Notes: generated from the sequence alone by a model not told the origin. Shown: positions 41,532-55,250, numbered from the stretch's first letter. The stretch: 64,000 bases of DNA from Octopus sinensis (GCF_006345805.1 NC_043005.1:56482001-56546000), one strand, 5' to 3'. Numbers and translations: made by a program.

Positions 41532-42483
41532 ATATATATATTTATTTATAATATATATTTATTTATAATATATATAGTGAGGGAGGAGAAAAGCAAAGTT
41601 AATATAAGTAAAAGTGAAAGCAAAGAGAGAAAGAAAGAAAGAGCGAGAGAGAGCTATAGGCTTTAGTTGCGGCAATTCATATGTTCGTTCTGATTTTTGA
41701 AGTACAATGTTTTGCTTTGTAAAAATGTATATAATTTATAACACACGTTCAAAATATATTATCATATTCGCATTTGTTTTAATTTTTTTTTTCCAGGGAA
41801 GTTGAATAGCGTGATTGATAGAGTAAAGGAGAAAATAACTTGAGGTATTTAAGTTGTGTACCTTAAAACTCTTGAGTTTAAAACTCGTCAAGATCGACTG
41901 TGCCTTTCCCCACTTTCCGGGGACGATAAAATAAATGAATACTAAACGGATGGTTGAAACAAATAACAGATAAAAGATTTATATAATTTTAACCGTTTGT
42001 CTGTCCTGTGTATCACGTGATATACCTTGGCGCCCATGTATCATATATGATGCATAGACGCCATTTTTTTTTTAACCACCAGAGTAAGTAGGGACTTATG
42101 AAAGGAAAGCTTTTATATTACTCAGAACCTATGAAACAAGGGTTAACTAAAAGTCTGAAAATAAACATGGACGTTTGGGACAAATTTATATGAATGTTTT
42201 GAACAGGCGAAGGTTTGAAAACAAATTACCATGCGATACGTTGTGTACTTTTTGTGGGAGAACGGGTGGGAGTAAAGCGGCAAAATCAAGGGCTTCCCCG
42301 GGTGGCACACGCCCTAGCTCCGCTACTGTATTTGGTAAATTATACGTCACAACTTCTCTATCTGAATTCCTAAGGTCAACTTTGCCATAAATCCTTTGCT
42401 TAGGAGTGGGGTCGATGAAATATACCGGTCCAACGAAGTGGATTGGCGGAATTATTAGAGAAATGAATGGGGTGCCTTGCGGA

Positions 42484-42550
<67 letters not shown>

Positions 42551-42551
42551 T

Positions 42552-42933
42552 ACTCTTTTACTTGTTTCAGTCATTTGACTGCGGCCATGCTGAAGCACCG
42601 CATTTAGTCAAGCAAATCGACCCCTGGACTTATTCTTTGTAAGCCTAGTATTTATTCTATCGGTCTCTTTTGCCGAACCGCTAAGTTACGGGGACATAAA
42701 CACACCAGCATCGGTTGTCAAGCGATGTTAGGGGGAGAAACACAGACACACAAACACACACACACACATATACATATATACGACGGGCTTCTTTCAGTTT
42801 CCGTCTACCAAATCTTCTCACAAAGCTTTGGTCGGCCGGCGCCTATAGCAGAAGACACTTGCCCAAGGTGCTACGTAGTGGGACTGAACCCGGAACCATG
42901 TTGTTGGTAAGCAAGCTATTTACCACACAACCA
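42552..42933 (-). mobile_element. SINE family A, full length
   Basis: Reverse complement of the family A consensus. Confidence 0.92.
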
Positions 42934-43258
42934 TTCGTGCGACTATAAATAATATATATATATATATATGCATAGATACATACATATATGTACATACCTA
43001 CATATATATGTATATATACATGCATATATGGGTACAGGACGTCATATTATGCCCTGGTTCTGAGAATTCTGAGTTTCAATTTCACCCTGTTACCGAAAAC
43101 TATTGACATTTCTGTGAGGAACTGTCATCAGCAAACAGTATGAACAGTTTGCAAATATAAACCAATGGGAACATCGTTTCAGTTTCCTTCGTCCAGTCAC
43201 AGCATCGTCTGTCACCATCAAGATAAGAGTACCCCAAATCTTTTCCTATTTTTTAAAA

Positions 43259-43467
43259 ACCTTTTAGCATTTAAACCGTCCATATCCGGCCCTGTTTTAC
43301 GTTAAAAGTGGCCAGATCCAGCCTCTCACACCAACCCTACAACGTCATTCTAAAAATAAACAATCGTGCCATCGAAGTACCGAAGCTACGAAATAACGCA
43401 TGATTAATTCCAAACCATGTGAATAGCTAAGCATTGTATTTGATAAACTATTTCGAATGCAAAAGGG
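43259..43467. mobile_element. piggyBac-like MITE, second copy
   Basis: Homologous to 23280-23484; ends aaaaggg|TTAA. Confidence 0.75.
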
Positions 43468-43944
43468 TTAAGTCAGTAGGATATGGTGTGAGGAAGAATT
43501 GACTGCTATTTCTAACAAGTCAAGTAACCACATGGCGGCTCCTATATATAGATAGCTGCTTGTCTTGCTGATTAGAAAATAGTATCTTAAGAGATTATTT
43601 TGACATGTTATGTATCAGTCAGTTAGTTTACTTTGTGGTTTTTATGATTCTCAGTGTCATCATAACCTGCCCTTGTCCTATGTGAAACACACGTGTTTAT
43701 CCGATTTAACGTCCATCAAGCCAGCCAGCCAACAATACACCCACCACCGCCGACACATCTCCGATAGCATCTTCTCGGGGATTGTGTTGTTTTGTTCTAA
43801 ATATGTATCAGAGGGAACTCCTGTATGATGATGATGATGATGATGATGATGATGCCTGAGTACTTTTGGAGCATTTTGGGGGGTAAAATATGAATCGAAA
43901 GGGATCGATATAGAGAAAAAAAAACAATGGTTGAGAATCACTGG

Positions 43945-44290
43945 TTAAATCGAACAAATCGATCCTAATACTTATTATATATTTTTTCAGCCCGGTACTT
44001 ACTCTGTCGGTCTATTTTGACGAACCGCTAAGTTAAGGGGAAGTAAACACACCAGCCTCAGTTGTCAAGCGGTAGTAGCAGACAAACACAAACACATGTG
44101 CGCGTGCACATACACACACATATATGTGTGTGCATGTATGTATGTGTGTGTGTGTGTATGTCTTCTTTCGGTTTCTGTCTACCAAATTCTCTCACAAGGC
44201 TTTCTTCGGTCGACTCGGGGCTATTATAGTAAAAGACACTTTCCCAAGATGCCATGCAGTGGGACTGAATCCAGAAACATGTGGTTATGG
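43945..44290 (-). mobile_element. SINE family A
   Basis: gaaccgctaag..gtttctgtctaccaaatt..gtgggactgaatccagaaacatgtgg. Confidence 0.85.
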
Positions 44291-44424
44291 AAGATCTCAT
44301 TGGATAATATCAGTCCAAGATACATTGAACCTGAAATAAAAGACAGGGTTGGGACGATTCTGTGAAGTGGAAGTTGTATGTCGAGCGTATCCGTAGACAT
44401 TTTGTTTTATCTCATGGACACAGG

Positions 44425-44790
44425 CATCGCTGTGGATTAAGAAGCTTACTTGCAACCACTTGTTTCGGGTTCAGTCCCACTAAGCGGCAACATGGGCCAG
44501 AGTCTTCTACTATAGGCCCAGGCCAACCAATGCCTTGTTAGTGAATTTGGTAGACGGAAGCTGTGTAGAAGACCATCGTGTGCGTGCATGTGTTTGTATG
44601 TGTGCATGTGTGTGTATGTGTGTGTGTGTTTGTCACCCTTCCCTTGCTACCACTTGGCAACTGGTGTTTTTTTTACGACTCCCGTAACTTAGCGGTGCGG
44701 CAAAAGAGAGACCGATAGAATATGTACAAGACTTTAAAAATATATATATGTACTGGTGCCCGTTTGTTCAACTAAAATACTTGGGTGACT
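44425..44790 (+). mobile_element. SINE family A, head-to-head with the previous copy
   Basis: cgctgtggattaagaagc..gggttcagtccc..cccgtaacttagcgg. Confidence 0.85.
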
Positions 44791-45199
44791 GGACTCTTGG
44801 GTGACTGGACCCTTTGGGTGACTGGAGGGTTATATTGATGATGTTGCACTGGACGAATTAATAAGTCAATCACCCGAAAAATTCAGAAGGTAAAAAAAAA
44901 AGAAAAATACTGAACAAATACCACAGGGTATCACCCTCACCGAACTAACACTCTCACAGTTCCGCCAGTCCGTCACCCTGGACCAATACATTATTTTAAC
45001 AAGTCCCAAAAGAAGATGGATGGCAAAATTTACTTCTGATAGGATGATCGAAAATAAAGCCGCAAGACCATTTTGTGTTCTACTTTAACAAGACTTGTGT
45101 ATTTAAGAAAAGAACAGTTAAAAAAATACATATGTATGCATATATGTATTACATATAAATATGTGTGTTTGTATGTATGCATATATTACATATATATGC

Positions 45200-45232
<33 letters not shown>

Positions 45233-45302
45233 TGTATGTATGTGTATTTATGTATGTACATGTAAATGTATGAATATATATATATATATGTGTATATATA
45301 TA

Positions 45303-45702
45303 GGAGCAGACGTGGCTGTGTGGTAAGAAGCTTGTTTCCCAACCACATGGTTCCGGGTTCAGTCCTAATGCGTGGCACCCTGGGCAAGTGTCTTCTACTA
45401 TAGCCTCAGGCCGACCAAAACCTTGTGAGTGGATTTGGTTGACGGAAACTGAAAGAAGCCCGTCGTGTATATATATATATATATATACATTTACGTGTGC
45501 GCGTCTTTGTATCTGTGTTTTTCCCCCTCCCCCACCATCACTTGGTGTGTTTGTGTCCCTGAAACTTAGCGGTTTGGCAAAAAAACCGACAGAATAAGTA
45601 CTAGGCTTACAAAGAATATGTCCTGAAGTCGAATTCTTCGACTAAAGGTGGCACTCCAGTTTGGCCGCAGTCAAATGACTGAAACGTGTAAAAGAGTAAA
45701 AG
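45303..45702 (+). mobile_element. SINE family A, full length
   Basis: ggagcagacgtggctgtgtggtaag...gtcaaatgactgaaac. Confidence 0.92.
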
Positions 45703-45939
45703 ATATATATATATATATATTATTCAAAGGAATTCCAACTATGTTTATTATGTTTTATTTATATTCTTTATAATATTAATGTAGAATATGGAATATATAG
45801 TGTAAATAGTATATATAGTAAAATGAAATGAAGTATTGATTGTCTTATTGAATAGATGAAATGTTGAATGAATACCAAATATTAAGGGACTAGTATACTT
45901 TCATGCATTTAAGCAGTCTTCAAGGTCCGAGGTTGTGAC

Positions 45940-45970
<31 letters not shown>

Positions 45971-45984
45971 TGTATGTATGTATG

Positions 45985-46017
<33 letters not shown>

Positions 46018-46163
46018 GGGGGGGGGCGTTCAACTGTGAGCTAGGCAGCAGGAACAGCAACAGCATTGATAGTGAGTGTGGTACTCCTAACTTGGACAGA
46101 TCGGTCGAAAGAGTCTGCGATCAAAGTTGAGATGTCATACATACATACATACATACATACATA

Positions 46164-46199
<36 letters not shown>

Positions 46200-46394
46200 T
46201 AGCAATCCGTCGTTTACGACAGCGAGTGTTCCAGTTGATCTAATCAACGGAGCAGCTTGCTCATGAAATTCACGTACAAGTGGCTGAGCACTCCACAGAC
46301 ACGTGTAACCTTAATGTAGTTATCGGGGAGATTCACCGTGACACGCAGAGTGTGACAAGGATGACTCTTTGAAATACAGGTACAACAGAAAAAG

Positions 46395-46580
46395 AAAGAA
46401 AGAGCGAGAGAAAGTTGTGGTGAAAGTGTACAGCAAGGTTCGCCATCAACCCCTGCCGGAGCCTCATGGAGCTTTTAGGTGTTTTCGATCAATAAACACT
46501 CACAACGCCCGGTCTGGGATTCGAAATCGCTATCCTACGACCGCGAGTCCACTGTCCTAACAACACTGGGCCATTGCGCC
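46395..46580 (-). mobile_element. tRNA-derived SINE family C, 5' part
   Basis: Homologous to 49061-49240. Confidence 0.8.
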
Positions 46581-46585
46581 TTCAT

Positions 46586-46620
<35 letters not shown>

Positions 46621-47291
46621 CATATACTTATAGGTATGTATGTATTATACATACGTGTTCGTGTATGAATATATACATATATCTGCATATGTGCGTGAAA
46701 GAGCTTGTGGGGTGAGTATATGGTTACGTGTACGTGCGTAACCATATATGTATGTATGTATGCATGAAAGTATGTATGTATGCATGAAAGTATGTATGTA
46801 TGCATGAAAGTATGTATGTATGTATGTATGTATGTATGTATGTATGTATGTATGTATGTATGTATGTATGTATGTATGTATGTATTTACGTATGTGCGAG
46901 TGCGTATGTTTGTATGTAAATATAGAAAGAAAAGAACACAGAAAGTTAAAAAAAAATATGTTATGTAGATGATTCTTACCCAATATATCGTACCCGTTGG
47001 TTCTTAGTTCATAATATTCCACCGACGCTGTTTGGATATAAAAATTCTTAAAGAACTCGAAAAGCAACACCGAACTATTTGGCATTTTCACGTCTACTAC
47101 AAAATTCTTCTCTTCCTTTTAATCTTCCTACTCTCTCACACACCACCACTTTATCTTTAGGGTGGTGTAGTACGAGATTTCGAAAATTCCCACGCAATCA
47201 GTGGCGGTAGCAGCAGCAGCAGCAGCAGCAGTAGCGGTATATGTAAACATTATCAGTTCCAACAACAACAACAGTAATAATAATAATAATA

Positions 47292-47497
47292 ATCCTTTCT
47301 ACTATAGACACGAAGCCTGAAATTTTAGCGGAGAGGGGACCGGTCGATTATATCGACGACCAGTGTTTTACTGGTACTTAATTTATCAACCTCGAAAGGG
47401 TTGAAAGGAAAAAGTCGACCTCGGCGAACTTTGAACTCAGAACGTAAAGCCGGAAGATAAGCTGCTGAGCATCTTGTGCTAACGATTCTACCAGCTC
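47292..47497 (-). mobile_element. SINE family B, tail type 2, embedded in (AAT)n
   Basis: (AAT)n on both flanks. Confidence 0.85.
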
Positions 47498-47498
47498 A

Positions 47499-47547
<49 letters not shown>

Positions 47548-47564
47548 AGCAAGCATACACACCC

Positions 47565-47621
<57 letters not shown>

Positions 47622-48046
47622 ACATTTACATAAATGCATGCATATATTACATTTGTTTAATTGTATGGATAGATACCTATATTTATAACCATATATATAT
47701 ACGTACGTACTTACACATGCATATCTTCGTTCATACATACATACATACATACATACGTACATGCATACATGCATGCATACATACATGCAGACAGACAGAC
47801 AGACAGACAGACATACAAAATAAAACAAAGGTGCACAAAATAAAATTTGTAAAAAAATTAACTAGAGCGATGATAAGGCGTTTACAGAATGAATAGATTA
47901 AAATTTCGATAAAAAAAACTAATCAGAAAAGTAGATGTTATATGAATAAATATATATATTAGTTAAAACAAGATAAAATTAATGATAATTGTAACAGTAA
48001 CCACTTCAGAAGAATTAAACCTCTCCTGCACATACACACACACACA

Positions 48047-48089
<43 letters not shown>

Positions 48090-48265
48090 TCTTCCTCTCT
48101 TTCCCCCTTTCTCACTGTCTCTTCCTCTTCCTCTCTCTCCCCCTCTCTCACTCTTCCCTTCTCTCTTTCTCTCTCTCACCCCTTTCTCACTCTTTCTCTG
48201 TCTCTTTCTATCTTCCTATTACCGTCACTGATATCTTTCATTTCCCCCTCTTTCCTCTTCTCTTC

Positions 48266-48303
<38 letters not shown>

Positions 48304-49060
48304 TTCTCTTTTGACGCCTGTTGGGTTTGATATCATCTCCATAACTTTGAATAAACTGTGCGTAGTTCCTGAACTAGGTAGCACGTTTTAACCTGGAGCA
48401 AGACTGTTCATTTCCCGTTGCTCCAGTTGGCCAATACTTCAGTATTTGTACATTCACCCACAAAACCTTCTCTCATGACATACATGAAGAGGCTAGGCTG
48501 AAAAAAAAAGGTGATGACGTCGTGTCCTCATATCGACACTCTAGATACCTATACCGAAGGATTGCCCTGCCAGTTTACCCATCTATATTCAACCGATTGT
48601 TGTACCTCTCTCTCTCTCTCTCTCTCTCCCTTAGCCGATTGGTGTAGCTCTCTCTCTCTCTCTCTCTCTCTCTTTGTATCTCTCATTCTCTTTCTCTGTC
48701 TTCTCCACACACGCGCGCGCGTGCGCGCGCATAAATCTAGGTGTGCTTCAAGAACAAGGTGTGGAACAGCCAATACGGTGTCCAAGCTTGCTAGCGGCTA
48801 TTGAGGCACCTAAAATAGATAGCGAAAGAAAGGTGCGTTATCAAGCCTACATATTCGCGGATGATGACTAGCTTTTAAAGGCATGTATGGATGGCTTTTT
48901 CATCGTATGCATGTTATCTACGTGTAGCTGTGTGTATGTTTGTATCTAGGTAGGTAAGCTATATGTACATTATATACGACTGCATGTATGTATGTGTTAC
49001 GTGCATGTCTGTCCGCTAGTCTGTCCGTCTGATAGCATGCATATATGTATGCATGTGTAT

Positions 49061-49367
49061 GCACATGGCCTAGTGGTTAGAGCAGCGGACTCGCGGTCGA
49101 GGGATCGCGGGTTCGAATCTCAGACCTGGTGATGTGTGTGTTCATGAGCGAAACACCTAAGCTCCACGCGGCTCCGGCAGAAGGTAATGGCGAACTTCTG
49201 CTGACTCTTTCGCCACAACTTTCTCTCACTCTTTCCTCCTACATCTTGCAGCTCACCTGCGACGGACCGGCATCCCGTCCAGGTGCGGAACCTATACGCC
49301 AAGGAAACCGGGAAACCGGCCCTTATGAGCCAGGCATGGCTCAAGAAGGAACAAACAACAACAACAA
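49061..49367 (+). mobile_element. tRNA-derived SINE family C, full length with (AAC)n tail
   Basis: tggcctagtggttagagc (A box), gggttcgaatc (B box), gcgacggaccggcatcccgtccagg body, caacaacaac tail. Confidence 0.88.
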
Positions 49368-49954
49368 TGTATGCATGCATGTTAAAGCACGTCTTCAGGA
49401 AAATGTTACTCAATCATCTTTTACTCTACTATTTTTTACTCGCTTCAGCCATGCGGCTGTGGTCATGCTGGAGCACCACCATGAAATATCAGTGGATCCC
49501 TTTAGTTCTTATTTTACTCTACCGGACCTTCACAGCCATTTGATGTTTCAAAGCAACCGCATTATATTTTTATAATTAAATATTACTTAGGAATTGTATT
49601 AAACAAGAAAATTGCAGCATAACTGCGTGAAAGTGGCGTTAGACGTGGTATGCGGACCAACATGTTAGACATAACGTTTTTAATTCATCTCTTCCGTTTT
49701 TATTTCGACATGCGCATTGCATTTTTATTCTTCTCTTCCGTTTTACGAATTTAGTGTGCACATGCGCATTGCTTGCTCGTATTTCTTTTCCCGGTTCCCT
49801 CTCGAAACAGTTTACAGATCACAACCATCTCACGAACACAGGTTTGTGAGAAGCGCTTCGCACCCCGATGGCTATAGAAAATTGTTAAAATATTTGGTGT
49901 ATTTTAGAAATATAACCTATTTACTGTACATAATTTTGAACAAATAAACATGTT

Positions 49955-50027
49955 GATCCCAAAGGTCATATGGACCCCAAAAGTCATATGGACCCCAAGG
50001 GTCATATGAACCCCAGTTGAGAACCAT
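49955..50027. mobile_element. hAT (Charlie-like) element end with a 3x 20-bp subterminal repeat
   Basis: (cccaaaggtcatatggacc)x3 then gttgagaaccattg, the reverse complement of a CA(G/A)TGGTTCTCAAC terminus. Confidence 0.55.
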
Positions 50028-50974
50028 TGCGCTAAGAGAAGGACACTGTGATACAAAATTGGAAATGCAGGGAAAAGCAGTGGACATTTTGGGGATACTT
50101 TGCTTGCGCTTGAGATCTGGGCGCTCCCATATTCCTTAGCCTGCGACTCATATTGTCACCAAATATCTTGCTTTGGATTGTGGTCTTTATCAGGTCAGTA
50201 GGGTTGAGAGGGTCTGTGAGGTGCTGTGCAATCTTTGTTGGACCTAGAAGTTTAGGTTGTGCGAACGCCGGTGAGACGACTTTCCGATGACCGGTCGAGT
50301 AGGAGGGTATCGCGGCGAGCATGGAAGACGCGGTGCGAACCCGGATGAAGCGAACCTGGATAAAGCAATAACAGGCATTGCTGACATTTTGCATCGGCGA
50401 TCATCAGTCCTTGGTTTTTCTTGGTCACGAATGGTCAGCCATCATGTATGTATTTATGCATGTATGTTTGCATGCATGTATGTATGTATGTATGTATGTA
50501 TGTATGTATGTATGTATGTATGTATGTATGTATGCATATATGTATGTATGCTTGTATGTATGTATGCATGTCTGTATGTATGCATGTAACACAATGCAAT
50601 GTTATGTATGTATGTTTTTCTTTTAGATTTAAACTCCTTTTAGAAGGATTCCGGTCGGTCACTAGCAAAAGGACAAACTCTTTTTTATGTATGCCAATTA
50701 ATGCTTACATTTATCATCACCATCATCAACATCATCAGCAGCAGCATCACCACCACTACCACCACTACCACCACCCGTATCATCGTATGTAAGTTTCTGT
50801 ATGAATATACCGTTCAAGCGATGTCGATTTGATGGAGGTTGTGAGCTAACGTACTGCACAAACGTTTGATCTCTATAAACAAATCATCTGTGCAGGTTAA
50901 TCTGCAAGAAATGGCAGAACCCTCTTTCTCCGATCGAGAGCCTAGCATTAAATACTTGTGTTTATATCACGTCA

Positions 50975-51220
50975 CGTGATCACCTCACCGACCAGGCTAT
51001 GAGATGTGGTCACAATGTGTTTTGCAATGTCTTAGTTTTCAAATGACGCCACCCCGCTGGCTAGACGTGCAGGCCAACATTCCCACCTCTAATCGAAAGG
51101 GGAACTGGAGCAATGTGAAATGGAGCGTTTCGCTCAAGAACACAATGCGCCGCCCAATGAGGGAATCGAACCCCCGATCGAGCGATCGTGAGTGTAACAG
51201 CCTAACCACTAGGCCACGTG
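50975..51220 (-). mobile_element. tRNA-derived SINE family F
   Basis: Minus strand tggcctagtggttagg..gggggttcgattccc..gttcttgagcgaaac. Confidence 0.75.
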
Positions 51221-51509
51221 TTTATATAATGGGCTTAAATATCTCATTAGTAAATGTGAGTGCATAAGTTATCACGCACTCTTTGCGTAATGTGTGTAAG
51301 CTATGTGCACACATGCGATTGTGTGTTATTGTTTTATTTTCAATCTAGGACACCCGAAAATGAAAAATCGATAGAACGTTTCACAAGCCCCCCACAGTAC
51401 TACAAAGCGATCGGATTTGCACGATGCAGATCAATAGAGTTTTTTTACTTCTAGAAATCCTCAGCATTTACATACATTTATACACATCTTTTATCATTCT
51501 TTTTATCAT

Positions 51510-51675
51510 AACCTGTGTGGATAAGAAGCTCATTTTGCCACCACAATGTTTTAGGTTCAATCCCACTACACAGCACCTTGTCAAGTTGTTTTTTTTTGCT
51601 GCTAAAGCACCGGACCGATTAATGGTTCGTGAATGAATTTGGTAGACGGAAAGTGTATAAAAGCTCGTCGTGTAT

Positions 51676-51729
<54 letters not shown>

Positions 51730-51872
51730 AAGAGAGAGAGAGTTTGTGTGTTTGGATGTGTCTGTGTTTGTGCTTACACCTCCAACATGCTTCTTGCCAA
51801 CATGTGTTGGTTTGGTCACGTCCCTATTCGGTAAAAGATATTGACAGAAAAACTACTAGAGTTCCAGACATA

Positions 51873-51909
<37 letters not shown>

Positions 51910-52000
51910 ATATATATACTGGGGGCCGATCTGTTCGACTAAACTCTCCAACGCGGTGCTCCAGCATGGTCGCAGTTTAATGATGAAAATAAGTAAAAGA
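51510..52000 (+). mobile_element. SINE family A, diverged
   Basis: tgtgtggataagaagc..ttggtagacggaaag..ggtgctccagcatggtcgcag. Confidence 0.8.
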
Positions 52001-52549
52001 CAATAGATAGATTATAAACGCTGAGCAGTGAAGACTACAAGAGTACATGACTTCTGTTCCTTGTCACATAGAACAATGGCAGTCTGTTCTGTGTGCATCG
52101 GATAGCTGATTTTATGATACGTAGTACGTACATATGCCTGTCTTTCTGTCTGTCTGTATGTACGACGTATGTACATGTGTCTATGTAAGTAAGTATGTAT
52201 ATATGCATGTATGTATGTATGTATGTATGTATGTATGTATGTATGTATGTATGCATGCATGTATGTATGTATGTATGTATGTATGTATGTATTATGTATG
52301 TAGTCTGTATGCATGTATGTATGTATGTATGTATGTATGTATGTATGTATGCATTTATGTGTGTATGTGTGTTACGTGTGACCATAGGAATGTGTACGTC
52401 GATAAGTGTATGTGTATATAAATATATATATATATATATATACATACGTGTGTGTATCTATGTATGTAACTATATATGTATGCGTGTGTGCATGTACGTA
52501 TGTATGAAGTTTCAGTTTCATACATTTTTTGTGGCTCGCTTCTGTTATC

Positions 52550-52635
52550 TACATTCCAGCGACGGGACTAAATCTTTGTTAGAAACCAGCACCTTCCAAG
52601 CACAACGAGAGATTTTATATAATTAACAACAGAAC
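52550..52635 (+). mobile_element. R4/Dong-like RLE LINE, short 3' UTR copy
   Basis: atctttgttagaaacc..tataattaacaacagaac(atac)n matches 53080-53150. Confidence 0.65.
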
Positions 52636-52692
52636 ATACATACATACATACATACATACATACATACATACATACATACATACATACATACA

Positions 52693-53150
52693 CAGGCAGG
52701 CCGGATATTGTTGTTTGGGACAGACGGGCAAAGGTATGTACCATCATAGAGGGCTAGCTGCCATGCAGATATAAATATCGCTTTGAAAATCAAAGCAAAA
52801 CAGGATATCTAAGAACAACTGCTTCGAAACCTCTAGCTTCTATAACTAGACTATGAATTCCTATTCCTACCAATAATAATTGGAGCACAAGGTTTTTTTT
52901 AGTAAACGCTTAAAGGAGAATCTGCATATACTGGGTTTTTCAGGAAGAGAAACTGACCGGCTGATTCGTACGTTACAAGTTCAATCTGTGTGTGAAACAG
53001 TAAAAATATACAAGATTTTTCTCAAGTTCCAAATGTGAATTTCTCTGTGTTAACTACATCCCGAAGATAGAGCCTTGTATCTTTGTTGGAAACCGGCTCC
53101 ATCCTCAGTGGAAGATTTATAATAATTAAACAACAGAAGGAACACATACA
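52693..53150 (+). mobile_element. R4/Dong-like RLE LINE 3' end (PD-(D/E)xK endonuclease), decayed
   Basis: RPDIVVWDRRAKVCTIIE/SCHADINIALKIKAKQDI*EQLLRNL*LL*LDYEFLFLPIIIGAQGFFSKRLKENLHILGFSGRETDRLIRTLQVQSVCETVKIYKIF. Confidence 0.9.
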
Positions 53151-53264
53151 TACGAGCCGTGAAATCTTGCATACATTAATAACTGTCTTGTTTCTTTCCG
53201 AGTAACCTGACATCTGGCTGTTCAAAGAAGATTTCAAAACTAACTAGTAACGATTTCTCTCGAA

Positions 53265-54006
53265 AATCGACAAAATTTGGCATCGTGGTTTTATCAAGCA
53301 TCTGCAAAAATAGGATTTAGCCCCCAAGGACGTTCATGCTGACATGGTTACTACTTTAGGGGATGATGCTCCTTCTTTATCAACAGTATAAAATGAGTAA
53401 TTGAATTTAGAAGGGGAGAGGAGAGTTCGGAAGATGACCCAAGGTTTGGACCCCTGCAACTGCCACCACAGAGGAAAACATTGGTTGTATTCACAACATG
53501 GTGATGGATGAAAGGCGATTGGCTATAAATCAAATAACTGATACTATCCTGTGAGAGAGTTGAGAATATCCTGCTCAGTGAACTTTACATAACGACGGTT
53601 TCTGCTTGGTGGCTGCCATGTCTTATGACTTCTGATCAAAAGTGTACCAGTCTGATCACATCACGGGAAAATTGTCTGAGGCAGATCCAGTTGGTTTCCT
53701 TGAACGTTGGCTCCATCACTTTGAGCCAGTGACGAAGAAACAATCCATCTAGTGAATACACCCCTCCTCGCTTGTTTCAAACAAAGCAAATGTCGTTTCA
53801 TCTGCAGGGAAGGTGATGGCCTCAGTTTTGGGAGATACAAAAGGTACTGTGTTTATTGACTCCCTTCAAAAGGACCACACCGTAAATGGAGAGTACTATG
53901 CCAATTTGCTGAAGCAGTTACAAAAGGATATCAAGGTAAAACGCCCAGGAAAACTGACGAAAGGAATTTTGTTCCATCGGGACAATGCTGTAACACACAA
54001 GTCAAA

Positions 54007-54010
<4 letters not shown>
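53265..54010 (+). pseudogene. mariner transposase remnant
   Basis: DDAPSLSTV..EFRRGEESSEDDPR..SAGKVMASVLGDTKGTVFIDSLQKDHTVNGEYYANLL..LFHRDNA; truncated by (AAT)n. Confidence 0.9.
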
Positions 54011-54049
<39 letters not shown>

Positions 54050-54051
<2 letters not shown>

Positions 54052-54236
54052 GCTTCAAATTTTGCCACAAGGGCAGCCATTTTGGCGGTGGGGGATGAGT
54101 CGATTACACTGACCCCTGTACTCAACTGGTACTTAATTTATCGATGCCGAAAGGATGAAAGGCAAAGTCAACCTTGGCGAAATTTGAACTCGTCGCTAAG
54201 CATTTCGTCCAGCGCGCTAACGATTCTGCCAGCTCA
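54050..54236 (-). mobile_element. SINE family B, tail type 3, embedded in (AAT)n
   Basis: (AAT)n on both flanks. Confidence 0.88.
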
Positions 54237-54244
54237 ATAATAAC

Positions 54245-54287
<43 letters not shown>

Positions 54288-54289
54288 TC

Positions 54290-54612
54290 TGGTTTATTGG
54301 CCACAAGGGCTAACAAAAATCAAAGAAACATGTTAGGACAAATACAGGACGAAAAGTCCGATAGAAAGGTCCGTGTAAACATTCAAAATAACAACGAAAG
54401 TATATATAAAAAGTAAAATTCCCAATAGAGGGGGGCGCTTCGAAAGGCTACTCGTGGAAAAATCCATAAAACCACGGGAGCCTGGTCAAAAGGAGGTAGA
54501 GAGCCTCCTTTTTTCTTTTATATTACCTTTTTTTTACAGGTGTAACCTCAGAATTGGTCCGTTCATACTGGCCATTTTTCCGAAATTCACCCACCTTTCA
54601 ATAAATTTGCTA
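54290..54612 (-). mobile_element. Tx1/L1-like LINE 3' end (copy A)
   Basis: KFIERWVNFGKMASMNGPILRLHL* then a 3' UTR ending gcccttgtggccaataaacc and (ATT)n. Confidence 0.7.
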
Positions 54613-54656
54613 ATAATAATGATAATAATAATGATGATGTTGATGATGATGATAAT

Positions 54657-55250
54657 TTCTTTTATTTGCCACCAGGGTGAACAATACAAAGATGAGGGGA
54701 ACAATACAAAGACAGACGTAAAGTATGGGAGTTTACATATAATGGAATGATGGGGGAAAAAAAACAATATACACTGTATACATTAGAAGGGAGGTATACA
54801 TAGTATGCAACGCTAGAAGAAGAGGGGAAAAATTATAGTGATGGGGTCCTTCTGATACAGGTGGACCTCTAGAGATAATCAAGGAACCCCACCATCCAAG
54901 ATCACCCTGAATACCAAGGACCAGTGCCCTCTCCAACTCCTTTCTTCTGGCTCACAGATCTATACTGAGAGTGGTACGATCCACTCTTGCCATTTTCGTA
55001 ATTTTTACCCACCTTTTCATAAATTCACTCGTGGACAGCACCTCCCCCTCAACCCTCACTTTCCTTTTCGAGTGAGACTTGTAAAAGTCAATGACCCCGC
55101 CGTCAAAGATCTCCCTGAACACCAGGGGCAAGCGACCTCTCTAATTGTCGTTCTCTAACTTTAACCTAGTACCTAAGATGGTTGTATTCGCCACGTTCGT
55201 CCAATTTCCAATAAAACCAGCCGAGAATAACACCTCCTAGTCCCTTCTTA
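54657..55250 (-). mobile_element. Tx1/L1-like LINE 3' end (copy B)
   Basis: GGVIDFYKSHSKRKVRVEGEVLSTSEFMKRWVKITKMARVDRTTLSIDL* is paralogous to copy A; ends ccctggtggcaaataaagaaa and (ATC)n. Confidence 0.7.

Noticed and set aside
46980-47050. Minus-strand open segment with acceptor and G|GTAAGA donor (NFYIQTASVEYYELRTNGYDIL); similar cases near 38780-38860 and 31133-31215
   Set aside because: Short, no recognisable homology and no consistent phase chain; not supportable without transcript data
49061-49125. tRNA-like sequence with A and B boxes (also at 22420-22490, 46510-46580 and 51150-51220)
   Set aside because: No paired acceptor stem or terminator; each runs into a SINE body and tail
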